The position numbers and the translations under genes were made by a program. From Octopus sinensis (Eukaryota): a stretch of 64,000 nt of DNA. How positions within the stretch are numbered: the stretch's first letter is position 1; every line of letters begins with the position of its first letter. The stretch lies in contig NC_042997.1 in assembly GCF_006345805.1 (NCBI RefSeq), positions 147,622,001 through 147,686,000 of the forward strand. The letters run 5' to 3'. Below the pieces are notes generated by a model. It ran no database searches. It was not told the DNA's origin and was given only the letters and a program-made list of their open reading frames with translations. Of this stretch, positions 26,268-38,574 are shown piece by piece.

Positions 26268-27011
26268 GTGTGTACGTATTTACATATATAATTATAGTAT
26301 AACAATGCTTCAATAGGATAACCCTGCTGAAGGGAATCTTTTTATTAAGAGGTTGCAGTTTCTATTAAGATGTATATATAAAGACTATTTTGAACGCAAC
26401 ATATGTGGAAACTATTTCGATATTTTTGGAATGAATACGAGTTGTTTGGCAACGAGCGCAGAATACATGTTTTCAGGGAAAAACACGAACAAACTTAAAC
26501 TACTAATTTGAATAATGTATCCTGTTTTCTTTAGCTATTTTAGTTGTAATATTTTTTGTTCTATTATTTCGTAATTCTGGTGAAGATACTAACGTGCTCT
26601 TCCAGTTACATTTAGTAATAATTTAGTTCCTTACATGTATATATTCTTTTTCAAAGTTTAATTTTATTTCTAATCTTAATTTCGCCGTTTCATAAGTTAT
26701 TGAGTATCGTTATTGTGTTCTTGTTTATTTCTAAAAACAAATTTTCGAAAGTTTGTTTTGTGTCTCACAAAATCGAGTTCAAATTCTGTTACTCCAATAG
26801 TGAGCGATTCTTATGTTACAATTACACAATCCTAAAACAACTACTCTTGGCTTTACTACGTATTTGAAAGCAATGATAAGGTACATATAATATAGATATG
26901 GGGTTAGGTGTAGCAGATCTTCCGGTTTAACACCAAGAACCGTTACTCAAATAAAATTTTCATATCTCACGTTCTTGCAAGCATTCAGGCATCAATATGC
27001 TAACCGATATT

Positions 27012-27240
27012 TAAAGTGGTGGGTTGGCGGAATCGTTAGCACTCCGAGCAGAAGGGTTAGTTGCAGTTTGTCCGTATTTACGTTCTGAGCTCGAATTTCG
27101 CCGAACTCGACTTTTCGTTCCATCCTTTAGAGTCGATAAAATAAGTGCCAGTTGAACACTGGGGTGGGGTGAGTGTCGATGGAATCGACTTATCCTTCCC
27201 TTAAAACTGCTGGATTGGCCCAAAATTTGAAGCCAATATG
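27012..27240 (+). mobile_element. SINE, Meta/Nin-like core family, single copy
   Basis: gcggaatcgttagcac head; catcctttagagtcgataaaataagtgccagt core. Confidence 0.8.
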
Positions 27241-27373
27241 ATAACAGATCTCTCATATAAAGGAACATGGATTCTTCGGATATTCAGTTCACAAGTATCG
27301 TTTTGTAAAATATGATCATATATTCGGTAAAGAACCAATCCAGGAATAATGTTTCGTACTATAGACACAATGC

Positions 27374-27950
27374 CTCGGCGGAATTTGAACTCAGAACGTA
27401 ACGGCAGACGAAATACCTATTTCTTTACTGCCCACAAGAGGTTACACACAGAGGGGAGAAACAAGGACAGACAAACGGATTAAGTCGATTATATGGACCC
27501 CAGTGCGTAACTGGTACTTATTTAATCGACCCCGAAATATTGAAAGATAAAGTCGACCTCGGCGGAATTTGAACGCAGAACGTAGTGGCAGACGAAATGC
27601 CAATAAGCATTTTCGCCAGTGAGTAACAGGTACTTAATTTATCGACCCCGAAAGTATGAAAGGCAATGTCAACCTGGACGGAATTTGAACTCAGATCGTA
27701 AAGACAGACGAAATACCTATTTCTTTACTACCCATAAGGGGCTAAACAAAAAGGGGACAAACAAGAACAGACAAACGGATTAAGTCGATTACATCGACCC
27801 CAGTGCGTAACTGGTACTTAATTTATCGACCCCGAAAGGATGAAAGGCAAAGTCGACCTCGGAGGAATTTGAACTCAGAACGTAACGGCAGCCGAAATAC
27901 GGTTACGCATTTCGCCCGCCGTGCTAACGTTTCTGCCAGCTCGCCGCCCT
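27374..27950 (-). mobile_element. Multimeric array of Meta/Nin-like SINE units
   Basis: About three to four partial units; junction gacgaaatac|ctatttctttact at 27416 and 27716. Confidence 0.88.
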
Positions 27951-28584
27951 CCTCTACCAGTAATAATGTTAGCAAAAACAAGGAATAGTAATAATATCTA
28001 TCAAATTATAGCTAACGTTAAAACTGGTTGGTTTGGCTGAAAACCCCGTCACCTTTTACATAGTATAGAGAAAGGATGAGAATGTGTAAAAAAGAGATAC
28101 AGAAGTTAATGCAAGAAGTACAGAATGAGTAAGTATCATAATTTTCTGAAAATGATACATTTTTTTTTCAAATGAAAATTTGCAGACATCGTTAATCGAT
28201 GGAGAGGATTGCGATTATTTTGATAAAATTTAGAATGATAATGACATATTTATGGTAAATATTCGAAGGAGAAATAGGTTTTTAAATTATATTTTAAGGT
28301 AATATTTATCTTTTGAAAATTGGTATTTATTTCATCATCTTGTACAAGTACCAAGAAATTTTTATCAAACTTAAATTATAATATTGTATGTCTGCAATAT
28401 TTCCTGATATTACTCAGCGTGTCAAAAGTATACTTTCAAAGTATACCATACAGCATGATTACACTTCTAGTAATCATATAAGGAAATATCGAAAATAGTA
28501 AAACTGAACCGTCGGATTTCGATAAGATTTAGAGATACGAGATAATTGGTATATAATTGAATGGTGCCAGAACATACTGCAATA

Positions 28585-29078
28585 CAGTATTCCCTCGACT
28601 ATCGCGGGTGTTACGTTCCAAAACCTCCCGCGATAGGTGAAAATCCGCGAAGTAGAAACAGTACTGTACTGTATATATTTTTCATCATTTTTATAATTTG
28701 TATATATTTATTTTATTATAAATGCAAAACAATACCACACACTCGCCTCTCAAGTTTCGTGTTCGATACAGTATGTGCGGTTCTTTGTTTACTCATCAAC
28801 GGTACACTACGTATTTTGATTTAATATATTTTAATTAATGTGTTATACAGTGCAGTACTGTACTGTATTTTCATTTATTAATTTACTAATTTTGACGCGT
28901 AAAAATGCATATTATATCACAGAAATAATCAAAATCTAAATAAAATCAATAACTATCGGTCGCAGAATCTCGCGATATACTGAGGTGTCCGTGATATAAA
29001 TTTACATATTTTAGGCAGAAAAATACGCGATGTACTGAGAGTGCGATAGGTGAACCGCGATATGGCGAGGGATAACTG
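28585..29078. mobile_element. Tigger-like MITE, 494 bp, TA TSD
   Basis: TA|cagtattccctcgactatcgcgg ... ccgcgatatggcgagggataactg|TA; subterminal direct repeats gcgataggtgaa. Confidence 0.88.
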
Positions 29079-29654
29079 TATTTATAAAGTATTCAGTTGT
29101 CAAGCTGGATCAGTAATGAAGCAAATGAAGAATAAATATGAAAATATTAGTGTATGTTATTCTACAATAGCTTTATCTTCCGATCTTCGGTAACATTATA
29201 AATATGCAAATCGATACATAAGGAGTTAGAAGATAGTGAAAGGAAAGATTGCAGACCAGTACGAAACTGAGAGAGAGAGATAGGACAAAAGGCTGTGGGG
29301 GAGAAGGGATTGTGAGATTGTTGAAAGGGATAAGAATGTAGAAAGAAATGTAAGAAAATGAGAAAGAGGTGCGAGAATGTAGGAATTGTAAGAGAATGAC
29401 TTGTGAGTTAGGAAGTGGGATACAGGTTAAAGATTTACACAATTCTATTATGCAAAAGGCTGAGTTATTTAAACTCTGAAAATGACGAATGAACAAACAG
29501 GCTAATTGGCTAAAACTATTTAAAAATTTTCCAAGATGGAAGTAATGGTCGTTGATTCGTGACTTTATATGACTATTATTAAACTCTAAGCCTTTATAAG
29601 CTATTATTAAGTAGAGATCATTATTTTAGTCATTGCTGTTATTGCTTACACTAA

Positions 29655-30515
29655 CGCAGCGAGCTAGCGGAATCGTCAATACGCCGGGCGAAATGCTTAG
29701 CGATATTTCGTCTTTCTTTACGTTCTGAGTTCAAATTCTGCCGAGGTCGACTTTGTCTTTCATCTATAAATTAAGTACCAGTTGTGTACTGGGCCGATCT
29801 AATCGACTTCCACCCACCCGCTCCTCACAAATTTCGGGCCTTGTGCCTGGAGTAGAAAACAATCGTTAACATGCCGGCCGAAATGCATATCGGTATTTCG
29901 TCTGCCGCTACGTTCTGAGGTCAAATTCCGCTGAGGTCGACTTTGCCTTTCATCCTTTCGGGATCGATTAAATAAGTACCAGTTACGCATTGGGGTTGAT
30001 ATAATCGACTTAATCCGTTTGTCTGTCCTTGTTTGTCCTCTCTGTGTTTAGCCCCTTGTGGGTAGTAAAGAAATAGGTATTTCGTCTGTGATTACGTTCT
30101 GAGTTCAAATTCCGCCAAGGTCGACTTTGCCATTCATCCATTCGGTGCAAATAAATTAAGTACCAGTGAGATACTGGGGTCGATGTAATCGATTATCCTC
30201 TTCCCCCATATTTCAAGCCTTGTGTCTATAGTAGAAAATATCATTCTTATTACTTACATTATTATCATAATTATTGTTTCAATGATTATAATTAAAGCTA
30301 GCGAGCTGGCAAAATAATTAGCACGCCGGAAAAAATTCTTTGCAGCTTTTCTTCTGGCTTTACATTCTGAGTTCAAATTCTGCTGAGGTTGACTTTACCA
30401 TTCATCCTTCGATGGAATAAGTATCCTTGATGAAATAAGTACCAGTTGAGCACTGAGGCTGATGTAATCGACTAAACACTCCCCTAAAATTTCAAGCCTT
30501 GTCCCCTATAGATGA
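29655..30515 (+). mobile_element. Tandem array of four Meta/Nin-like SINE units
   Basis: Repeated ttacgttctgagttcaaatt..gtcgactttg..catcc..aagtaccagt cores. Confidence 0.88.
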
Positions 30516-30521
30516 CAGGAT

Positions 30522-31160
30522 TGGTTTCAAATTTTGGTACAAGGCCAGAAATTTCGAGGGAGGTGGCAAGTCTGTTACATCGAATACATGGTGCGACTGG
30601 TGCTTATTTGATGGATCCCCAAATGGGACCAAGGATAATGTCGATCTCGGCGGAATCTCAACTAAGAACGTAAAGACGGACGAAATACCTATTTCTTTAC
30701 TAGCCACAAGGGGCTAAACACAGAGGGGACAAACAAGGACAGACAAACGGATTAAGTCGATTACATTGACCCCAGTGCGTAACTGGTACTTTATTTATCG
30801 ACCACGAAAGTATGAAAGGCAAAGTCAACCACGGCGGGATTTGAAATTAGAACGTAGCGGCAGGACGAAATACGGCTACTCATTTCGCCCGGCGTGCTAA
30901 CGTTTCTGCCAGCTCGCCACCTTAACGGACGAAATACCGATAAGCATTTTACCCGGCATGCTAACAATTCTTTTTTACTCCAGGCACAAGGCCCGAAATT
31001 TTGGGAGTAGGGGTCAGTCGATTAGCCCGACCCCAGTACGCAACTGCTATTTAATTTATCGACCCCAAAACGATGAAAGGTAAAGTCGACATCGGCGGAA
31101 TTTGAACTCAGAAGACAGACGAAATACCTATTTCTTTACTACCCACAAGGGGCTAATCAC
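30522..31160 (-). mobile_element. Tandem array of Meta/Nin-like SINE units, inverted relative to 29655-30515
   Basis: Reverse-complement cores; junctions at 30688 and 31127. Confidence 0.88.
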
Positions 31161-32416
31161 AGATAAATTATAGATCACATTGATATTCGTACGAGAAAAT
31201 TGGCAAAGAATGAACATCGAAGCGCGAAAACTATTTGCGATCTATTTTGAGAACATTCCTTCATCTGCACAACTTATCGCTGGTTTACTTTAGCATAAAT
31301 TCACTCTTTTGGTTATATGGCTATGATACATCGTGGTCTCTGACTTATTTGTTTTAACATTCCGACATTCATCTACAGATTGCAGGAAAGTCGACATCAT
31401 TATCTCCAATGAACAAAGGATGCAAATTTTACGGGAGCTGCTATTCCTCATTTCACTTAACTGTCTACAGAATTTGTAAGATAAAACAATAATAAAACTA
31501 TTGAAAGAGAGGATTGGCAATAAAGAGAATTTGAATCGAAAAAAAAGCTTGAGAAATGAGAAATCGATAGAACTGATCTATAAGGAATATGGGGATGACA
31601 CATTAGGCGGTGGCAACATCAAAAATGATGACCATAGGCATAGACTGATATATTGTGGGGGGAGGAATCAATATATAGTCCGATCACATTACTTAGATTG
31701 GAAAATTCGAAACCAGTAAAATTTGAACTCAGAACGTAAATATTTGCAGCAAAATATAACGACAGAGGTTTTTCAATTCGTCGTTCTACCTATCCAGCCT
31801 ACTTCAACCTGAGAATAAGCAAAATAATAATGAATCTAAAGGGGGTTGCTATATCAGACAAGATAATTATAATATACATAGCTGATAAATTTCATCTACA
31901 AATGAGTAATCTCGCTGCCTCTCTTGTCTATATTATATTCATGATACAGAAAAATGTTTCGCTTATCGTTTTATTTGATAAAGAATCTGTTATCAAAATA
32001 TTTTTTGCCCCCACCCCTAAAGCTATACTCTCCGGTAAACTATACACAAAATACTTATTTGTTGAGAGGATAAAGGAAAAAAGAGAAGAAACCTGTATAA
32101 AATTCGGAAAAGCCGTACTGAAATGATTGGAACAAAATATTGAAAACAAAAATAAATAAGGGAATTAATAGTAATGCAAAGGGGAATTGAGAATTGGAAA
32201 AAAATAACGTTTTTACTTGTATTTGATTGAAGCAATCTCTTATCATTGTACATTTTGATAATGGAATTAGAGTTGAGGTTTCAAGGAACACGAATGCACA
32301 GTTATTTGTCGCTTGGATTCACAAGAATTTGCATTAATAAATTTGGTGAATAGGGTTATAAAAGTTTTACAATTAGCTACGTGAAAAAAATGTGAAAAAA
32401 TTCCACTCAGAAACGA

Positions 32417-32462
<46 letters not shown>

Positions 32463-32503
32463 TGAATGATAGTGCTGTGTTTGTATATATCAGTATTTTT
32501 ATG

Positions 32504-32550
<47 letters not shown>

Positions 32551-33019
32551 GGGTGTGTGTATGTGTGTGTGTGTGGGAGTACGGGTGTGTATGTGATCAA
32601 TAGGGGCTTATTTCAGCCTTGGTAATTCATATTAAAGCAGCTTCTTATTTTTTAGGGAAAGGATTCTAATTACATTTCTACAAGCTTTTTAGTTATTTTG
32701 TTTATCTTATATATATATAATGGATAACAGCGTGTTGATATGTACGTAGCTTGCTATACCTGTCTTCTTTCCTCCCTATCCAAATAAATGCAATATTCCT
32801 TTAGGCATTATATCAACAATTATATGAACCGAACATGAGGTTTATAAGGTTTTTAGCTGATTAACAGAGAACGTAAACAGGATTGTCCCTATCAACGAAT
32901 CGAAACCACTTCGCAGAAATGGAGAGAAATATTGGTATTATGGATCTTCTTAAATCGTGAATATATTGTCAGAATTGGAAGAACAACGAAAAAGTTTCTT
33001 GCAATACCTAGTTACGAAC

Positions 33020-33230
33020 GTCAAGGCGATAAGCTGGCAATTGAGCGTCGTAAAATGCACTGAATTATTTGTTCCGGCACTTACGCCTTGAGTTTAAAAC
33101 CTGCCGGTGTTAAGTTATGTTTGCCTTTTATTCATCCAGAGTCGATAAAATGAAGTACGACTGATAATGTAATCGACTAATATCGCCTTTCAAAGTTTCT
33201 GGCCTTGAGCTAAAATTAGATACATTGATC
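33020..33230 (+). mobile_element. Decayed Meta/Nin-like SINE
   Basis: ggcgataagctggca head; cattcatccagagtcgataaaatgaagtac-like core. Confidence 0.6.
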
Positions 33231-33334
33231 TAGTTACGTCTTTCTACACATTGAATTAAATTCCCAGCAGACCCGACATTGATCGTCATCCTTCTAGGAT
33301 TATGAGAACAAGGAATCAACCAAGCACCATCATC

Positions 33335-33672
33335 TATATGGTGTTGAGACCCCCTTCAGTCACGACACAGACCATGGGATTGCACTTAGAAAGTTACCCT
33401 CCTAGGCACAAGTCCAGGCAAGGTTGTTTATGGAAGACCAACAGTTGCCCATGCATACCGGCCTCTCCTCTCCACGCCGCAAGGGTTATCCAAGGGCCGA
33501 TACAGCTTGGCACCTGTGATGTCGCAATTCATTTCTACAGCTGAGGTAACTGCAGCAACGTGAAATAAAGTGTCTTGCTCAAGAACACAACACTCAGCCC
33601 GGTCGGGATTCGAGCTCACAACCTCACGATCGTCAGCTCGGCGCTCTAACCACTGAGCCATGCGCCTTCACT
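33335..33672 (-). mobile_element. tRNA-derived SINE with intact-looking Pol III boxes and an RTE-like 3' tail
   Basis: A box tggctcagtgg, B box gctcgaatc; tail ..gtgcctaggagggtaactttctaagtgcaatcccatgg.. Confidence 0.75.
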
Positions 33673-33764
33673 CATCATCTATATAATGAACTATATTACA
33701 ATGACCCATAGCGTCTCTCTAAATTTAGCCTTGCTCCTTCAGTAGAAATAAATATTACTTTCCT

Positions 33765-33985
33765 CGAAATCGTCGATCTGGCAGAATAATCAGGAAGCAG
33801 AGCAAAATGCTTTGCGGTATTTCGTTCGTCTGCACGTTTAGAGTTCAAAGTCCATTGGGAGCTGCTTTGCCTTTCATTCTTTCGGGGTCAAGAAAATAAG
33901 TACCAGTTGAACACTGGGACAATGCAATCGACTTAACCCTTCACTCGCACTTACTCGTCTTGTACCAAAATTTGAAGTCAATATT
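33765..33985 (+). mobile_element. Decayed Meta/Nin-like SINE
   Basis: gcggtatttcgttc head; gcctttcattctttcggggtcaagaaaataagtaccagt core. Confidence 0.75.
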
Positions 33986-34462
33986 ACCTTTAAAAGTTAG
34001 GACTAGCAGAATGAATAGTGTGACAATCAAAATGCCTTACGATATTTATCATAAATAATTTTATACTCTACGTTCAAGTCCTTCTTAGTTGGACTTAGAC
34101 TACCAGCCCTGAAAGTCGATGAAATATAATAAGTGTCAAATACTGTACCTTATTGATTATACAGTTCGATCAAATATAGCCATGTCTGCCGCAGTTATTA
34201 ATGCCGGCTTCCTTAATGGTTTGAGAGACTGCAAAATCACATGCTTATGCAGTTCCCACAAAATACTGAAGTTTGGAAAATGTTGAATAATGTCCTGACG
34301 GCTTCGAGAACTGATTAAAAATATTTTGCTATAACTTCAGAATTAATAACGAATGCTTCAAAAATAGGTATGAACATCACAAATGTCTCTTTGCTAAGTT
34401 GTAAAAGTGTTTTCAAAATATAAACCAATTACATAAGCCTCCCAGAATTTCATTTATTATCC

Positions 34463-34527
<65 letters not shown>

Positions 34528-34560
34528 TCATGTGTGAGTTCGCATATATATATATATATA

Positions 34561-35807
34561 TTGGGCCATCCCATAAATAATGCGTTTCATATACTTCTTT
34601 TAGTTTTCAAAATTAAAGTTCTTTTTTTATCTAAAATATACTCTCCTTTATTTTCTAAAATGCTCTTCCATCTATCAGGTAGACTTTCAAGGCCCCTCTT
34701 TCAAAATTCACTTGTCCATGACGAAAAATACTCCTCCTGTACTGTTCTGATCTTGTCTACAGAAATCATATATTTACCGTTCAAATGGTTTTAAAGATTG
34801 CAGAATAGATGATAATCAGGTGGGGTATATGGTAGCTAGGATATCGTTTCTTATTCAAATTGCTCTAGCCTTTGGAATTTCATCTTCGCTGTATATGGCC
34901 AAGCATTATCCTGATGTAAGAACATCTTTCGTCTTGAAAGTAAAGATGGTCATTTTTCTTCTAGCGCTGACTGAAGCCTCTGAAGCTGCTCGCAGTAGAT
35001 CTCCTTTGTTATCATTTAGTTTGGATTTAAAAGTGAATTAAACCTTTCACATCCCACCAAACAGAAAACAATACCTTAACTGGATGAAGATCTTCTTTAG
35101 CCTAGGGTGCCGGAATCTTTCCCACTATCTTCGGCGCTTGACATTTTTATAGAGAACCCATTTCTCATCACCGGTCTCTATTCTGTCTAAAAAAAACTTC
35201 ATTCGCGAGACGTGATTGCAAAGAAGAGCACACATTCACTCTGCGCGCGAGTAGACTCCGTAAATTTGTAAGGAACCTATTGACCCAATTTGCTGACTTT
35301 TCCGATGTACGCAGGTGTCGATGAATGGTTGAATGACAAAGTCGAAGCTTATTTGCGAGTTCCTCTACAGTTGCGATGGAATTTTATTCCACCAGGCTTT
35401 GTAGGACGTCCTCGTCGAACTCTACAGATCTTCCAGGACGAAGCTTGCCTTCTAGGCTGTAGTTTCCAGCTCGGAATTTCTGCAACCACCGGTGACATTG
35501 GCTTACGCTTATTATCGATATCCATACACTGCATTAATATTCCTCACACATTCCGTTGCGTTGTTGACTTTATTAAAGCCATAAAGCAAAATATGTCGAA
35601 TATGCTCCTTTGTCACTTCCATTAAAACTTTGATAAAATAACTGTTACAATCGAACAGCACTCCTCTTCAAAACTTGCACTAAGAATAAGGACAAGGTAA
35701 AATTACTACTTGCTTTTATAGCAAGTTGATACTGGCGGTTTAACCCACACCCTCTGACTTTTAGTTCATCCAATTGATAAAAACGCATTATTTACGGGAT
35801 GGCCCAA
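34561..35807 (-). mobile_element. Full-length (1247 bp) mariner element with both TIRs, inserted in (TA)n
   Basis: 27-bp TIR ttgggccatccc(a/g)taaataatgcgttt with 1 mismatch; TA repeats on both flanks. Confidence 0.95.
34627..35622 (-). pseudogene. Disrupted mariner DD34D transposase
   Basis: MEVTKEHIRHILLY..NAVYG..RPGRSVEFDED..TGDEKWVLYKN..SVWWDVKG..HQDNAWPYTA..PDYHLF..LPDRWKSILENKGEY; multiple stops and frameshifts. Confidence 0.92.
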
Positions 35808-35830
35808 TATATATATATATATAAATAATA

Positions 35831-35878
<48 letters not shown>

Positions 35879-36544
35879 ATATATGTATATATGTATATAT
35901 GCGTATATACATATATATCTTTAGACTTACATATATATAATGGTAAGTTTGTATATGTATATATACATGTATGTATATATATATGCACGCACACTCACAT
36001 ATAGACACACATGCTGTCTGTATCTCAGGCAGATCTTAGCGGATAACATAGATTTCATATTTATTTTAACCGGGCGGTGTGGAATGCTGGAACACCATCA
36101 TTATACTTGTAGACATTTTGTATTCATTAATTTGCCTCTATGAGAGAATGACAGTAAATTACGTTGTTTATATAAATTCAGAAAATGCTACATAAATCTA
36201 CTATTTATTACGATATTTATAAAAGTAGACGAAAAAATAAATTCTATCTCTATGTATTGATTATTTTACTACAAAGTCCAAAGCATTTATTTGAAACTGT
36301 AGTAAATTTCATAAAAACCTTTTGTTAGTGAAGTTACTTATAGCTTTCTTTTGTGATGGTTAGACATCAATAAGAAAAAAGAAATGTAATAAATATTTAT
36401 TTTCATTTTGTTCAACAGTTAGATTTCTTAAGGTTTCTATGAAAGGAATTGTAACTAAAATCTTAGAATCCCTCTTCCCTCTTTGTCGCTGTCTTTCGCT
36501 CTCCCAATTTTCCTATCTCCCTCTCTCTCCACACAAACACGCAT

Positions 36545-36552
36545 ACATATAT

Positions 36553-36645
<93 letters not shown>
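36545..36645. repeat. (TA)n tract
   Basis: Seen directly. Confidence 0.97.
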
Positions 36646-36646
<1 letters not shown>

Positions 36647-37849
36647 GCAGAAAAGCTGTTTATTATTGTTTGGACGTGCTCCATAACGCTGATATTGCTG
36701 ATCATTGTGAAGAGAAATTTAGTTGAAAAAATTGTCATGTGAAATTTCAACAGATATCAGAGCGTTTTCGCTTCATTACAGTATGCAAAAAGATTGTCTA
36801 TAAGAATTTGACAAAATATTTGCGAGCAATAAACTGGAAAAAAAAAGGCTAAGTCTCAGGTTCTTAGTTGGGTATACTTATGTAATTACAATAAAAACGG
36901 TATTGCTTTTTCTTTCGCAAATATCTATGCTTCGAAAGATTTAAATCAGCCGAATACCCTTAATTAGAATACAGATTTTTCCGATGAAGAAAATAAGGCG
37001 ACAATTTAACTTTCCTTCATACATACTAGAGTACTTGGGGTGGTGTAATGGGAGAATTACGTTAAAACATTTTGTCGATTATGTTGGCCGTTACTAGTTT
37101 TCAGTTTTGCAGTGGAGTACGGACGGGCGATAAGTGAAGAGCTAATAAAATGCAATATCTGGTTATCTGGTTACCTTCTCCTCATTTATGTGACCTGTAT
37201 TTGGATATTTATGTTCTAGTGACTAGGAAGCACTTTGGGAGTTGTGTCACGTCATGTGTTTTAAAAATAAAACACCGCTAAAAGACAGAGAGGAGGGAGC
37301 AGCAAAGATTTTAACAATAACAACAAGAATCAGACAACCCAGAAGATGTTGCAATAGTTTTTGTAATGCATGCATTAGAAATCTTACTTCTTAGCAAAAT
37401 ATTCTTTTACTTTATGCTTAAGACAGATTTTTCTTTTCTTCTTCCGAAATTTATTGTTTGACAATTGTTCTTGCCATCCTTTTTCCAAGAATATACATCC
37501 CAGCGCATTTATTTAATGAAGTACTCTTCATTTTCTCTTACACCATCTTCTTCCAACTGTACAACTGTGACGAAGAGAAAAGAAATGAAAAGTGATAGAA
37601 ACATGTTTGGGGGCATTAGAAAAAACAAAATGAATAACATGTTTAGTTTGAAATTTTCTGAGATTTCTGGTGGCTTTTCCTCTTCCATCATCCAATTAGC
37701 GTGCTAATACAATTCTTCTCATTGTGTACTGTGTACACATACCTGGGTATAATGGTTTGTGTTTCAGATAGAAATTGAAGACCATGTCAAATCCTGTTTC
37801 TCTCCAACTGAACTCCAGTATATTAAGGTTTTAACCGGCTTTGATGGGC

Positions 37850-38010
37850 CACACATTCGATGCTGTCGTATATATTCCTCTTCCTTTCTTAGCCATTGTT
37901 CTCTCAGGTTTTCGACGTTTTTTTTCCCCTGCATGATTTTGCTGGCCTCCAGCGTGCTCCTGCTTTATTGATATATTTGTCCTTCAGGTCCTCTTTTGTT
38001 TTCTGTGCTG
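37850..38010 (-). mobile_element. Possible very old RTE 3' remnant
   Basis: AGARWR..EQWLRKEEEYIRQ is loosely similar to RTE C-termini (AG.RW...DR..W...EA.VQQW). Confidence 0.3.
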
Positions 38011-38391
38011 CTTACCTTCTTCTCATTTACTTTTAGTAATGATGTCCTTTTATGTAAGGAGCAGGAAGAAAAGTAAAAACCACTATTTAAAGCAAAAAGT
38101 GGAGAGAGCTTCGATAGATTGTAAAGGTGCAGAAATATCTAGCTGATTTATAGTACGATAATTGCTCCATCGTCCAAGGAAAGGAAATAGGGAATGTGTA
38201 CCTGGTTGTAAGACCAAGGACGGCGCAGGAACTGATGCGTTACACACCTGTATATAATCTTGTGCCGTCGGCATTCATGTCTTTCTCGTCGTCATTTTCA
38301 GCAAAAGCAAAATACTCCGGAGCTATACTCCATTAACTAGGTAGAAAGGTAAAGCATTTAAAAAAATGCTACATTACAAGAAGTCCAGTTG

Positions 38392-38574
38392 CTAATCGTG
38401 TTTCAGGAAGAGACAGTCGCGTATTTTCAAATTATAAGCTGGGAAGCAGAAGAAGTAAACAGGTGAATAACAAGATAAGTAGCAGTAAGGATACTCGTAG
38501 CAGGCCCTAGAAAATGTTTCCAGAGCACTTATTGTTGCAGTTCCGAGTACCGCTGACAAAATTAAACACCTCAT
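38392..38574 (-). CDS. Hypothetical 60-aa Cys/Tyr-rich peptide with signal-peptide-like N-terminus (unverified)
   Basis: MRCLILSAVLGTATISA-LETFSRACYEYPYCYLSCYSPVYFFCFPAYNLKIRDCLFLKHD*; no homology recognised. Confidence 0.15.
   Translation of the reverse strand: MRCLILSAVLGTATISALETFSRACYEYPYCYLSCYSPVYFFCFPAYNLKIRDCLFLKHD

Noticed and set aside
27374-31160. Repeat-spacer-like periodicity suggesting a CRISPR array
   Set aside because: Units are 150-230 bp SINE bodies with tRNA-like heads, there are no unique spacers or cas genes, and the context is eukaryotic.
33590-33672. tRNA-like sequence (also at 9300-9383, 24290-24356, 52310-52380)
   Set aside because: Only A/B boxes are retained, no complete cloverleaf, and each continues into a SINE body.
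37509-37691. Hydrophobic 60-aa ORF resembling a membrane peptide
   Set aside because: The hydrophobic part is the polypyrimidine tract of the candidate intron; a compositional artefact is more likely.
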